A stretch of DNA of 49,985 nucleotides from Thaumarchaeota archaeon UBA141 (GTDB taxonomy: Archaea > Thermoproteota > Nitrososphaeria > Nitrososphaerales > UBA141): the NCBI GenBank assembly GCA_002495315.1, contig DAEN01000051.1, positions 1 to 49,985 on the forward strand, written 5' to 3'. Below, piece after piece: positions 17,050-25,922 of the stretch; position 1 is the stretch's first letter; each line of letters begins with the position of its first letter. Under the pieces are notes generated by a model that had not been told where the DNA came from, ran no database searches, and was given only the letters and a program-made list of their open reading frames with translations. The position numbers were made by a program, and so were the translations under genes.

Positions 17050-18633
17050 TCACCAGAAAAACCTGACAGTCTCGTCCAGTGTTCTTTTCTGTCTAAGCTC
17101 TGTCTTCAATACCTTCCCTGTGGTGTTTCTAGGTATACGTGCAATGAACTCTATCTCTCTTGGTCCCTTGTATGGTGCAATGACTTCTCGAACCCTCTGT
17201 CGAAGTTCATTTGCTAATTCTAGACTTGGCTTGTATCCTGGTCGGAGTTCCACAAAGGCCTTGACAATATTGCCGCGCGTTTGATCCGGAATCCCAAGTA
17301 CGCAGGTCTTTTGGACTGAGGGCTGCATCTCTAACACTTCCTCGACTTCGCGAGGAGAGATGGAGTACCCGCTGCTCTTGAATAGATCATCTGTTCTTCC
17401 TTCGAACCAGAAGTGTCCTTCATTGTCTATGTGTGCAAGATCGCCTGTATAGTACCAGCCGTGTCTGAAGACTTGTTCTCTAAGTTCTGGCATGTTGACA
17501 TATTCTAGGAAAAGAGCTTGGTCGTCATCTTTCACTGCAAGGAATCCTGTTTTTCCTGTCGGAACTTCAAATCCTTGTTCATCTACGATCTGAACATCAT
17601 GTCCAGGAAGCGCTCGCCCAAACGATCCGGGTTTGATCTTCGAGCCTGGACTATTGCCGCAGAAAATGGAAAGTTCTGTCTGACCAAAGCCTTCTAGAAG
17701 CTCGGCATCAAACCTCTTGTTCCATTCTCTATAATCTGATTCTCTGAGCGATTCTGTCCCAGAGACACACCTCTTTAATGTAGGGAGTTTCAATTTTGGT
17801 TGTTCGGTTACCTGAGTGAGTAACCTGGCGAGGGCTGTCACAGTCTTGAGGACAGTGACTCCGTCTCTCTGGATGACGTTCAGGACATGTAATGCTGTAG
17901 TTTTCTCGTCATCAATTACCACTGTCGAACCAAAGTAGAGGGGAACTAGTAGACCAGCTCCAAATGCCTGTATGTGGCAGATCTCATGGGGACAGAGTAC
18001 AATGTCTGAGGTGGTTAGGCCAAGGAGGCTCTTGCCTACTGGATATCCTCCACCAGTGATCCATCTGTGAGCATGGACGATGCTTTTTGGTATACCCGTA
18101 GAACCCGACGAATGGAGGATGAAAGCAGGATCTTGTGAAGTAGTATTGAAAGCTTTGAAACCATCTAATTTTCTATTTCTCCAATCTTGATGTATCCAGT
18201 TGAAGATAAGCTCCTGATCGATGGATTGGGATTCCAAAGAGATCGATTTCCAAATGTTCACATGTTTTGAACAGGTTACTACGGCTCTTATGTTGCAGTT
18301 TTTCGCAACGTGGGTCAACTCTTTTCTTCGGAAGAGGATTGATGTAGGAACAGGAACTGCGCCTATTGCCATCCCAGCTAGTGTTCCAATTACATAGCCG
18401 GGGTGGTTACTGCCATGGAGGATGAATCGATCTCCTTTATGCAGACCCTTTTCTAGTAATGCGGCGGCAAATGCGCTGACCTGGCCCCAGAGATCGCTAT
18501 ACGTAATTTTCTTATTCTTGTAGAGCAGAGCTAGTTCTTCTTGGTGGGTACCATTCGCCCACCTGCCACATACTTGCTCCGCTATGTTCAGCCGGTTCTT
18601 GGCTGAGACTGGTTCAGAATAAGATTGTGACAT
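17050..18633 (-). CDS. AMP-dependent synthetase/ligase (acyl/aryl-CoA ligase family)
   Basis: 527 aa. AMP-binding motif HSSGSTGIPKSIVH, plus YYTGD and a C-terminal PRNTTGKV block. Confidence 0.85.
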   Translation of the reverse strand: MSQSYSEPVSAKNRLNIAEQVCGRWANGTHQEELALLYKNKKITYSDLWGQVSAFAAALLEKGLHKGDRFILHGSNHPGYVIGTLAGMAIGAVPVPTSILFRRKELTHVAKNCNIRAVVTCSKHVNIWKSISLESQSIDQELIFNWIHQDWRNRKLDGFKAFNTTSQDPAFILHSSGSTGIPKSIVHAHRWITGGGYPVGKSLLGLTTSDIVLCPHEICHIQAFGAGLLVPLYFGSTVVIDDEKTTALHVLNVIQRDGVTVLKTVTALARLLTQVTEQPKLKLPTLKRCVSGTESLRESDYREWNKRFDAELLEGFGQTELSIFCGNSPGSKIKPGSFGRALPGHDVQIVDEQGFEVPTGKTGFLAVKDDDQALFLEYVNMPELREQVFRHGWYYTGDLAHIDNEGHFWFEGRTDDLFKSSGYSISPREVEEVLEMQPSVQKTCVLGIPDQTRGNIVKAFVELRPGYKPSLELANELRQRVREVIAPYKGPREIEFIARIPRNTTGKVLKTELRQKRTLDETVRFFW

Positions 18634-18788
18634 CAGCTTCCTCCAGTACTTCGCGTCTGTTTCATCGTAAGGTGAACGCTGGCAGTACTTATCTTCCGCG
18701 CCTAGTTAGTTTTTTTTCTGAGCGACATTCATCACGTAATAATCCCGTTATGACTGTACGTAGTGGTATATTTCTTGCCGTGATCCAG

Positions 18789-19568
18789 TTAATCATCAAC
18801 TTCTTCCCCACTTTTGAGTATCCGAGTTATCGTGGCTGACAATTCAACGAGACCCTCTGAAGTCTGAGCAGAGAAAGGCATCAGCTCAAAAGAGCTATCT
18901 GTCTTGACAAGGCTTCTCAGGACACCTGTAGCTAAGAGGTAATCGGACGCACTGGCTTCTTGACGGATATCCTCTTCCAGAACAGTGGCATTGGAGGCCC
19001 ACTTCATGATCTTCTTCCACTTAGTTCCGATTAGATCTATCTTTGAGAGTACCGGAATAGATGGGATCTGTAGACGCAACTGTAGTGAAGCTGCTAATAA
19101 TGCGAGCGACACAAAATGGGTTGCTGTGCTGGCCAGAATAGAATCAAACAAGAAAAGAACGGCCTTTCCCTCGGCAGTGATGTTTTCAACAATATATGGG
19201 CCGCTTGGACGATAGGCAAATAGTTCCATCTGACCAGGAGTATCAATGATGGTGTAGTCAGGGTTATACTCGTCAATTGCCTCTTGGAGCTCGGGCAAGC
19301 GGGTTGCTATCATATCTGCTGACAAAATAAGAGCTCCATTAGGACCAAGTTGATGACTCGCCATTATTGATTCAAGGTCGATGAAGTCGCGAATATCTAC
19401 TATGGGATCGTAGGGCAGGTTAGTGGCGCCTGGATCAAGGTTTACCGTTGCGACTGTGGAACCTCTCTCCTCATACCATGGAGCCAATATGGAAGTTAAT
19501 TGGGACTTTCCGGCACCTGCTGTTCCCGTTACAAAGACGACCTGCATACCTACCTGGAATAAGACCAC
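18789..19568 (-). CDS. GPN-loop GTPase
   Basis: P-loop VFVTGTAGAGKS, GPNGA (GPN loop) and DTPGQMELF. The start may be ATG 19547 (MQVVFVTG). Confidence 0.8.
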   Translation of the reverse strand: MVLFQVGMQVVFVTGTAGAGKSQLTSILAPWYEERGSTVATVNLDPGATNLPYDPIVDIRDFIDLESIMASHQLGPNGALILSADMIATRLPELQEAIDEYNPDYTIIDTPGQMELFAYRPSGPYIVENITAEGKAVLFLFDSILASTATHFVSLALLAASLQLRLQIPSIPVLSKIDLIGTKWKKIMKWASNATVLEEDIRQEASASDYLLATGVLRSLVKTDSSFELMPFSAQTSEGLVELSATITRILKSGEEVDD

Positions 19569-19610
19569 TCTTTATACTCAGCTAGTAAATGTGGGATTAT
19601 TCGAATCTAT

Positions 19611-20450
19611 ATGGTGAATAATTACGACTTCGATTGTGAACTCTTGACAATAGGCAACGAGTTGTTGATTGGGAGGACAGTGAACACAAATTCAACGTGG
19701 ATCTCGAAGAGGATTACAACAGTAGGAGGAGTTGTAACAAGGTGCGTAACGATCTTAGACGAACTTACCGATATTTCTCAGGCAATCGGGGAAGCACTTG
19801 CTAGACGCCCCCGATGGCTTATTCTTTGTGGAGGCTTAGGGCCGACTTTTGACGACAAAACCATGGAGGGTCTGGCCGATGCCCTTGGCAGGCCTTTGGA
19901 AGTGAACAAAGAAGTAGTTCGTGTGATCGATAGGAAATATTCTAAGATGCAGATGCGAGGTCTAATATCTAAGGTTGAAATGACCCCTGCGCGGATAAAG
20001 ATGGCAACTCTTCCAGAAGGCTCTTTACCACTATCAAATCCAATTGGGACTGCTCCGGGTGTTTTACTGTCACTGCAACATACTCTTGTCTTTGCTCTAC
20101 CTGGTGTGCCTTCCGAGATGAAAAGGATCTTCTTGAAATGGATCGAACCAGTAATTCAAAAGGAGATTGGAGATGTACATCGTACCTCAAAGACGTTACT
20201 CGTTCGCGGTGTTCTTGAATCTACCCTTGCCCCTCTTCTAGATGATATTCTGTCCAACTCAGACTCGGTTTACATTAAATCGCACCCGAAGGGCATTGAG
20301 AATGGGAGATCGAAATTGGAGATCGAGATCGCAACATCTTTCTCTATCGCTTCAGAAGCTGAAGAGAGGGTTACCCGAATCTCTGATCGACTCTCGCGAA
20401 TGATTGATGAAATAGGAGGCAAGGTATCTGTTGTTGGTGATGAGAAGTGA
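19611..20450 (+). CDS. CinA-like / MoCF-biosynthesis (MoaB/MogA-fold) domain protein
   Basis: ELLTIGNELLIGRTVNTNSTWIS ... LILCGGLGPTFDDKT is the CinA N-terminal domain pattern. Confidence 0.75.
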   Translation: MVNNYDFDCELLTIGNELLIGRTVNTNSTWISKRITTVGGVVTRCVTILDELTDISQAIGEALARRPRWLILCGGLGPTFDDKTMEGLADALGRPLEVNKEVVRVIDRKYSKMQMRGLISKVEMTPARIKMATLPEGSLPLSNPIGTAPGVLLSLQHTLVFALPGVPSEMKRIFLKWIEPVIQKEIGDVHRTSKTLLVRGVLESTLAPLLDDILSNSDSVYIKSHPKGIENGRSKLEIEIATSFSIASEAEERVTRISDRLSRMIDEIGGKVSVVGDEK

Positions 20451-20456
20451 ATCGAG

Positions 20457-20741
20457 CTACAGCTCTATTTCGGGAAGTTGTGGTGGTCTTGGCGCTTCCT
20501 TTACAATCGGTTCGACCTTTAGTTGTGTTGCACAGCCTGGGCAGTAGTATAGCCGAAAGAGGGTCTGATCGGTCTTGGTATAAACTGGTGATATTTCGTT
20601 TGGAATCATATTTCTTGTAACTGCACCCGAATATATTCCCTTAGAAAGCGGACCAAGTATGTAGCCACATTTTGAGCAACATACGTCTCGTTTGCCGGTT
20701 TTCCTATCTGTTATCTCTAGATATTCACTAATACGGTTCAA
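20457..20741 (-). CDS. Small zinc-ribbon protein, acetone carboxylase gamma subunit-like (gamma2)
   Basis: 94 aa. Motifs: CCSKCG ... YYCPGCATQLKVE. Starts 6 nt after the HyuB stop. Confidence 0.7.
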   Translation of the reverse strand: MNRISEYLEITDRKTGKRDVCCSKCGYILGPLSKGIYSGAVTRNMIPNEISPVYTKTDQTLFRLYYCPGCATQLKVEPIVKEAPRPPQLPEIEL

Positions 20742-20747
20742 GTAAAT

Positions 20748-22586
20748 TTACACACCGAGCCTGTCATTCCTGATTGTTTTCCTCAATGTTTCTGTCCCGG
20801 AGAGATCTACTGATCCTCGACGTAGCACCACCCCATAGATGGAGCGAGCGGCTTCAGGCGAAACTATGTCGTTGATGACATCCTGCAGTACGGATTGCGG
20901 GTCGCGGTCCAATGGATCCCCATATCCTCCCCCTCCACTGTAGCTGTTGTAGAAAACGGCGTCACTATCAAGGGAAGTTGGAGGAAACTTTGCGGAGAGA
21001 ACTTCTACATTCCCATCGATCTCTTCGATTGACTGAGGTATCTTGCCAGCAACTAGGATTGCGTCGATGTTCGTCTGTCTTTTTATTGATCTGAGAATAA
21101 AGCCTCCCGGGTAGCCACCAAAGATTCCTTGGCTTGCAGGGATAACTGCTCCATGTCCACTTCCGCCTACGGAAACATCAGTGCTTCCATACCTGACAAA
21201 GGCAAATTCAAGCGCGGCTCCTCCCCTGTATTTTCCAGATCCACCGGAATCTTTCCTAAAGCGATTGAAGAGGAAAAGGGCTGGCGCAAATGTCTCGGCA
21301 GTTTCAATGTTTGGAATGCTAGGCTTTGTAGAGGAAATACTAAAACTGCAATCATATCCATCTTTGTAGGCCATCGCGCCAGCTCCTCCACTACTCTGAT
21401 AGAGGTAAGCAGACCGTTCACCGTATTGATTTATTCCCATGATGACTGGTGCAGCTTTACCCCCTTCCCAAACGCCGCCTGCTTGTCTCCAGTGTTCTCT
21501 ACTCGATCCTAACAGCTTGCAAACTGCCTGAATGGCTGCATTTCGGACAGCGAACATTCCAGCTATAGAGGCCCAGCCTGTAGGAGCAGGGGGCTTGCAG
21601 TTCACTAAGCTGCCTTCCGGTGCGTGGATGGAAATTGCTTTCATTACGCCCTGATTCCAGGGGATGTCGTAGCAAATATACGGGAAGACGGCTCCCATTA
21701 CTCCCGTGATGAGCCCAGAAATGGTACAGTTGATGTGTCCAGGAGCCTGGTCGTCAGTTCCTGAATAGTCAAACGATAGACTATCTGATTCTTTGGTCAT
21801 TTTCAACACGATCTTGTAGATCTTGTTTGTGTGACCATCATGATCGATGTAGTCTATCGCACCAACATGACTCTCAGGGAGCTCTAGTAGCCTCTCTCGA
21901 AATTTTTTCTCTGAGCGATCTATTACTCCTTGCATGACTGATAGTGTGACTTTGCGGCCGAAACGGGATAATAGATCATATAGTCTGGCTTGACCAACAG
22001 AGTTCGTCGCAACTCTAGCTTTGATGTCTAGGCCAACAAGTCCTGCCTGTCGGACGTTGCTTAATATCATGCGAAAGATATCCCATTGAAATTTCCCTTT
22101 CTCTACGAGCTTTAACGCAGGGATCCTCAGTCCCTCCTGAAAGATCTCGGTTGCTTTGGGAGAGGGACTTCCGTGTTGCATGCCTCCAATGTCTACCTCG
22201 TGGGCTATCACGCTAGTCCAGGCGACTAGCTCATTCTGGTAATGTACAGGCGCGACTACGGCCAGGTCGAGTTGATGTAGGGCTCCCTTGTGTGGGTCAT
22301 TGATGACGAACATATCTCCCTTGCAGATTTCGTCGCCGCTGCCGTAGTCTTCTAAGATATTTCGTATGAGCAGTGGAATGACGCCTGCTACCAATGCGTT
22401 ATGTGCGCCCATTGTACTTAGCTGACCGTCGGACAAGCTAATCGCGACATTGAAGTCGTTGGCCTCAGTGACTATAGGTGAACCGGATACATTCTTCATT
22501 GCTAGCGCCATCTCCTCGGTGATCTGCCAAAGTTTGTGACTCACAATTTCGTAGGTGAATGGATCTGTGGCTTTGTTTTCCCTCAA
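20748..22586 (-). CDS. Hydantoinase B / oxoprolinase-type subunit (HyuB / acetone carboxylase alpha-like)
   Basis: 612 aa. The DPFTYEIVSHKLWQITEEMA N-terminus, SPIVTEANDF and NDPHKGALHQLD blocks are typical of the Hydantoinase_B family. Confidence 0.85.
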   Translation of the reverse strand: MRENKATDPFTYEIVSHKLWQITEEMALAMKNVSGSPIVTEANDFNVAISLSDGQLSTMGAHNALVAGVIPLLIRNILEDYGSGDEICKGDMFVINDPHKGALHQLDLAVVAPVHYQNELVAWTSVIAHEVDIGGMQHGSPSPKATEIFQEGLRIPALKLVEKGKFQWDIFRMILSNVRQAGLVGLDIKARVATNSVGQARLYDLLSRFGRKVTLSVMQGVIDRSEKKFRERLLELPESHVGAIDYIDHDGHTNKIYKIVLKMTKESDSLSFDYSGTDDQAPGHINCTISGLITGVMGAVFPYICYDIPWNQGVMKAISIHAPEGSLVNCKPPAPTGWASIAGMFAVRNAAIQAVCKLLGSSREHWRQAGGVWEGGKAAPVIMGINQYGERSAYLYQSSGGAGAMAYKDGYDCSFSISSTKPSIPNIETAETFAPALFLFNRFRKDSGGSGKYRGGAALEFAFVRYGSTDVSVGGSGHGAVIPASQGIFGGYPGGFILRSIKRQTNIDAILVAGKIPQSIEEIDGNVEVLSAKFPPTSLDSDAVFYNSYSGGGGYGDPLDRDPQSVLQDVINDIVSPEAARSIYGVVLRRGSVDLSGTETLRKTIRNDRLGV

Positions 22587-22588
22587 TA

Positions 22589-24709
22589 CTAGTCGTCTCC
22601 ATTCCGGTCTATGTGGAAGTTTAGGTATTGGTCTACTAATAGACTCTGAGAAGGGGGTACGACTACACTTGTTCCTTCTGACTCAATTACCGAGGGGCCG
22701 CTGACAATGTTTCCCGCTCTTAGTTTTTTGGCATCATATATTGCAGTCATCCCAAGATTGTCGTCAGCTTCCACTAGTGCTTCCCGTTTGCCCTTCAATG
22801 CTCTAGAAGGATCTGGACCATCGACATCGAACTTTTTCAGTTGAGGTCTCTGCCTTGTCCCTAGTACATCAATCCGGAAGTTGGTCAGTTCTGTTCCTGC
22901 CTCTGCATAGGCTGTTCCTTTACCATATCGTGACTCGTACAATTCTTGAAAACGCATCAAGATCGAACGAATTGTTTTACTTGTCACAGCTCCGGGAGGA
23001 GCAGGAACTGTGAGAGAGTTGGTTTGAGCCCTATACCTCATGTCTATACTTCTAAAGAGACGGATTTCGGAATCAGCTAATCCCCAAGCGCGACCTTCCT
23101 TCCTTGCTCTAATCTCAAGTTTAGTAAAGCTCGACTCAATCCGTTCCGGCTCAAATGGACTCCTCATGTAGTCTGAAAAAGAGAATGTCTGCTTTAGGTC
23201 AGATATCGCGACGCCAAATGCGGAGTACTGTGGTGCTAGCTGTGGAATGATAATTGACATCCCAAGTTCTGCACCGTAGCTAGTACAGTGAATTGGTCCT
23301 GCACCTCCAAAAGCGAATAATGTGAAATCATGTGGATCCAACCCTCTTCCTACTGTTACGTTCCTGATAAGATCTGACGCTTGACTATTTGTGACCTTCC
23401 ATATTCCCTTAGCTGCATCAAAGACATCGATCCCAAATGGGTCTGCAATAGTTTCTTTTAGACTCGTTATTGCTTTTCTCTTAGAGAGTCGCATCATTCC
23501 TCCTAGAAAGCTCTTCGAGCTAATGTAACCCAGGGCGAGATCGGCGTCAGTGACTGTGGCTTCAATGCCACCTCTGTTGTAACATGCAGGGCCTGGGCGA
23601 GATCCAGCGCTCCGCGGTCCAATCTTGACTTCACCGTCTTCAATGCTTACAACACTCCCCCCACCTGAACCTATCGACGTGATGTCTATCATTGGGAGAA
23701 GTAGTGAGTATCGTACAATGTGCGGGCCGCTGCGTGGTGAATATGCGGACGGAGCAAGAAGTGGTGCGTTATCAATTATCACTCCCACATCGAAGCTAGT
23801 TCCTCCCATGTCGGTAGTGATGACGTTCTTGTAACCGAGAAGTTTGGCTAAGTAGTTTGATCCGACGACGCCCCCTGCAGGGCCTGACATTAAAGCTGAG
23901 ACACCTCTGCCACAAGCTTCACTAAACGGGAGAACTCCTCCTAGCGATTGCATAATTAACGGGTCACGATTTAGACCGTTCTTCCGAAGGTAGTTCTCCA
24001 ACCGACGAAGATATTTCGTCAACATAGGACTAACGTAGCAATTTAGCACTGTCGTAGCCGTCCGCTCATACTCTCCAGAAACCGGTACTAGCTCACTTGA
24101 TGTTGTGACAAAAATCTCTGGGTGCGATTCTTCTATTAGGTCTCTCACACGCTTTTCGTGACTAGAATTCTTGAATGACCACAATAATGAAACTCCTATG
24201 GCTTTCACTTGTTGACGGACAAGCTTGTCGATGGCCTTTCGCGCGTCATCGTGATCCAACGGGACCACAACCTTGCCCTCACGATCTACACGTTCGGTCA
24301 CCTCCTCGGTCAAGCTCAGTGGTACGATGGGAGTTGGCCTCACCACGCGGTTCATGTCGCGGAGCTCAGATTCTGGCAGTCCTGCTCCTCTGCCAACTCT
24401 CATCATTACAAGATGGTTCTTGAATCCCTTGGTGGTTATGAGTCCGGTCTTGACCCCCCGATACTGGAGAAGTGCATTTACCACGACCGTAGTCCCGTGA
24501 GAGAAGAGATGGGTATTCTTGAGAAGATCGCGGGGCAACAGGTTAATTTGCTTAGCCAGAAGACTAACGCATTCTCTGACTCCTATAGCTAGATCTTCTT
24601 GAGTAGATTGCGTCTTAGCACTAACCATGGTGCCTAATTCATCCATCAGGAAACCATCGGTGAATGTTCCTCCAACATCTATGCCGATAGTATACATCGT
24701 AGATCCCAT
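22589..24709 (-). CDS. Hydantoinase/oxoprolinase A-type subunit, paralogue 3
   Basis: 706 aa. Motifs: IDVGGTFTDG, TDMGGTSFDVG, GGAGPIHC. Separated from HyuB by 2 nt. Confidence 0.85.
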   Translation of the reverse strand: MGSTMYTIGIDVGGTFTDGFLMDELGTMVSAKTQSTQEDLAIGVRECVSLLAKQINLLPRDLLKNTHLFSHGTTVVVNALLQYRGVKTGLITTKGFKNHLVMMRVGRGAGLPESELRDMNRVVRPTPIVPLSLTEEVTERVDREGKVVVPLDHDDARKAIDKLVRQQVKAIGVSLLWSFKNSSHEKRVRDLIEESHPEIFVTTSSELVPVSGEYERTATTVLNCYVSPMLTKYLRRLENYLRKNGLNRDPLIMQSLGGVLPFSEACGRGVSALMSGPAGGVVGSNYLAKLLGYKNVITTDMGGTSFDVGVIIDNAPLLAPSAYSPRSGPHIVRYSLLLPMIDITSIGSGGGSVVSIEDGEVKIGPRSAGSRPGPACYNRGGIEATVTDADLALGYISSKSFLGGMMRLSKRKAITSLKETIADPFGIDVFDAAKGIWKVTNSQASDLIRNVTVGRGLDPHDFTLFAFGGAGPIHCTSYGAELGMSIIIPQLAPQYSAFGVAISDLKQTFSFSDYMRSPFEPERIESSFTKLEIRARKEGRAWGLADSEIRLFRSIDMRYRAQTNSLTVPAPPGAVTSKTIRSILMRFQELYESRYGKGTAYAEAGTELTNFRIDVLGTRQRPQLKKFDVDGPDPSRALKGKREALVEADDNLGMTAIYDAKKLRAGNIVSGPSVIESEGTSVVVPPSQSLLVDQYLNFHIDRNGDD

Positions 24710-24731
24710 TAGGTATCGATCTCTTATTCTT

Positions 24732-24747
24732 GCCTCTAAGTAGAGGC
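24732..24747. promoter_or_regulatory. 16-nt palindrome GCCTCTA-AG-TAGAGGC upstream of the HyuA3-HyuB-gamma2 operon
   Basis: Perfect 7-bp arms, 23-38 nt upstream of ATG 24709, where a TATA box or TSS would be expected. Confidence 0.35.
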
Positions 24748-24820
24748 CTAATTTTGAAGTGTATTGAATACGTCACCTGTTTCTGAGTGGCGTTGAATGT
24801 GTTTGAAGCTGAGAGTCACC

Positions 24821-24839
24821 GTGAGGGTACGGTGAGGGT
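24821..24839. repeat. Direct repeat GTGAGGGT x2 with 11-nt period
   Basis: Copies at 24821-24828 and 24832-24839, in the divergent intergenic region 24710-24895. Confidence 0.3.
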
Positions 24840-24858
24840 TAAGTTAACATTGACTGGT

Positions 24859-24885
24859 TGTAAGAACGAATGATGCATTCTTACA
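24859..24885. repeat. Inverted repeat TGTAAGAA-(11 nt)-TTCTTACA
   Basis: Perfect 8-bp arms, ending 10 nt upstream of ATG 24896. Confidence 0.3.
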
Positions 24886-24895
24886 GTGAGTTTCG

Positions 24896-25261
24896 ATGCG
24901 TCTGACACCTGAAATTACGAGTTGGATCGAGGAATTGGTCATTCAATATTCTATGCAGTTGTCTATTCGGAAGCCCAAATATTTGCTGAAAGTCAGGGAT
25001 GTACTTGCTCTGCCTCTGGAAATAACACGAGGTCGGCGAACTTCTGCCTATCGATATCAAGGCGTTACATATCTCAAACATTGGATAGTCTTCATCAATG
25101 TTCGTCGTTCACGTACGTTGTACGAGCTTAAACAAACTGTAGTACATGAGCTAGTGCATCTTAGATTCCCATATCTGAGTCACGGTGATGGATTTAGAAA
25201 GAAAGTAGAAGCAGTGATGTTGGGTAGATCTTTCAGAGCATACAGACGGCGAGTTCCATAG
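24896..25261 (+). CDS. Small HExxH metallopeptidase-like protein (SprT / DUF45 YgjP-like)
   Basis: 121 aa. VVHELVHLRFPYLSHGDGFRKKVE resembles the HExxH...H..F block of DUF45/SprT proteins. Confidence 0.5.
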   Translation: MRLTPEITSWIEELVIQYSMQLSIRKPKYLLKVRDVLALPLEITRGRRTSAYRYQGVTYLKHWIVFINVRRSRTLYELKQTVVHELVHLRFPYLSHGDGFRKKVEAVMLGRSFRAYRRRVP

Positions 25262-25575
25262 CATCTAATTCTGAAATTCGACGGCTTGTATCTAGATGAT
25301 AGGTGATGTGAAGTTATCATGTAATCTTGGCGACTCGAACTTTCAAAGTATTATACAATTATGGGTACGCCGTAGGTAGTTGGTTTCACTATAATGCTTG
25401 ATAAATCTGAAATTTTGTTCTAGGTGTGCCTTTTCATGGCCAGTGTACCAAATTTTACTAGATGAATGCCGCAGATTATTACTAATAATCCCGGTTTTCT
25501 CAAATCAAACATTGGGGCCGGATGATAAGATCTTTTGTTTTGAATCTGTTGGTTGGCTATTGGATCATCGAATAA

Positions 25576-25803
25576 CTATTTCTTCGAGAGCCACCAATCC
25601 AGATATTCAGTTCTTTCCCGTCGTTTCTTTCGCTCTGGATCTAGATCAACTCGTAATCGGTTTTTGAGATCGGAGAGTTGGTCACGAGTTACAGAGAGAC
25701 CGCAGGTCTTACAGCCATAGCTTTTAGCCGACGGGTCAAAGAAGAGGACACCACCACATTCGGGGCAAAAGCGTTGAGTCTCAGGAGGCTTTCCCTGTTG
25801 CAT
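25576..25803 (-). CDS. Small zinc-ribbon protein (CPECGG...CKTCG) with a basic C-terminal tail
   Basis: I prefer the internal Met (MQQGKPPETQRFCPECGG). A TATA-like box sits about 28 nt upstream, and the longer track ORF would overlap prs. Confidence 0.5.
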   Translation of the reverse strand: MQQGKPPETQRFCPECGGVLFFDPSAKSYGCKTCGLSVTRDQLSDLKNRLRVDLDPERKKRRERTEYLDWWLSKK

Positions 25804-25826
25804 AACTGTACGGGGTTCTAAAAATT

Positions 25827-25836
25827 CATATAAAAA
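25827..25836 (-). promoter_or_regulatory. TATA-like box (TTTTTATATG on the minus strand) for the zinc-ribbon gene
   Basis: Centred about 28 nt upstream of ATG 25803. Confidence 0.4.
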
Positions 25837-25886
25837 GTTTGAATTTATTTCAGACTCTGGAGCAGATTTAACAACTGGACATACAG

Positions 25887-25896
25887 TCAAATAATG
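25887..25896 (+). promoter_or_regulatory. TATA-like box (TCAAATAATG) for prs
   Basis: About 31 nt upstream of ATG 25923. Confidence 0.35.
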
Positions 25897-25922
25897 CGCC
25901 GCGAGATTTGCGTTTGCCTGAC

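Noticed and set aside
18710-18717. T8 tract between the acyl-AMP ligase and GPN GTPase genes as a terminator
   Set aside because: Both flanking genes are on the minus strand and the T-run is on the plus strand. It cannot serve as their oligo-T terminator. At most it stops antisense transcription.
225-24592. Many 60-150-aa ORFs antisense to or nested in large genes, for example 225-611, 838-1197, 1594-1896, 9780-10229, 21129-21512 and 24209-24592
   Set aside because: Each is fully embedded in a longer ORF with clear family motifs on the other strand or frame. Their sequences are low-complexity (Ser/Pro/Arg/Leu-rich) and match no family I recognise.
24869-24912. AATGATGC followed by two CTGA motifs, suggesting a C/D box sRNA
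   Set aside because: The box C-like string ends in C rather than A. The spacing of about 35-40 nt is too short for a C-D'-C'-D unit. The flanking inverted repeat encloses only the C-like box. The D-like boxes lie inside the CDS starting at 24896.
25262-25575. Possible ncRNA (C/D box sRNA, SRP RNA or RNase P RNA) in a 314-nt AT-rich gap; also the 89-aa ORF 25398-25667
   Set aside because: Only imperfect box C-like strings are present (GTGATGT, GATGATA). No CTGA sits at the right distance and there is no terminal stem. None of the conserved RNase P or SRP motifs are present. The ORF has no recognisable features and overlaps the end of the zinc-ribbon gene.
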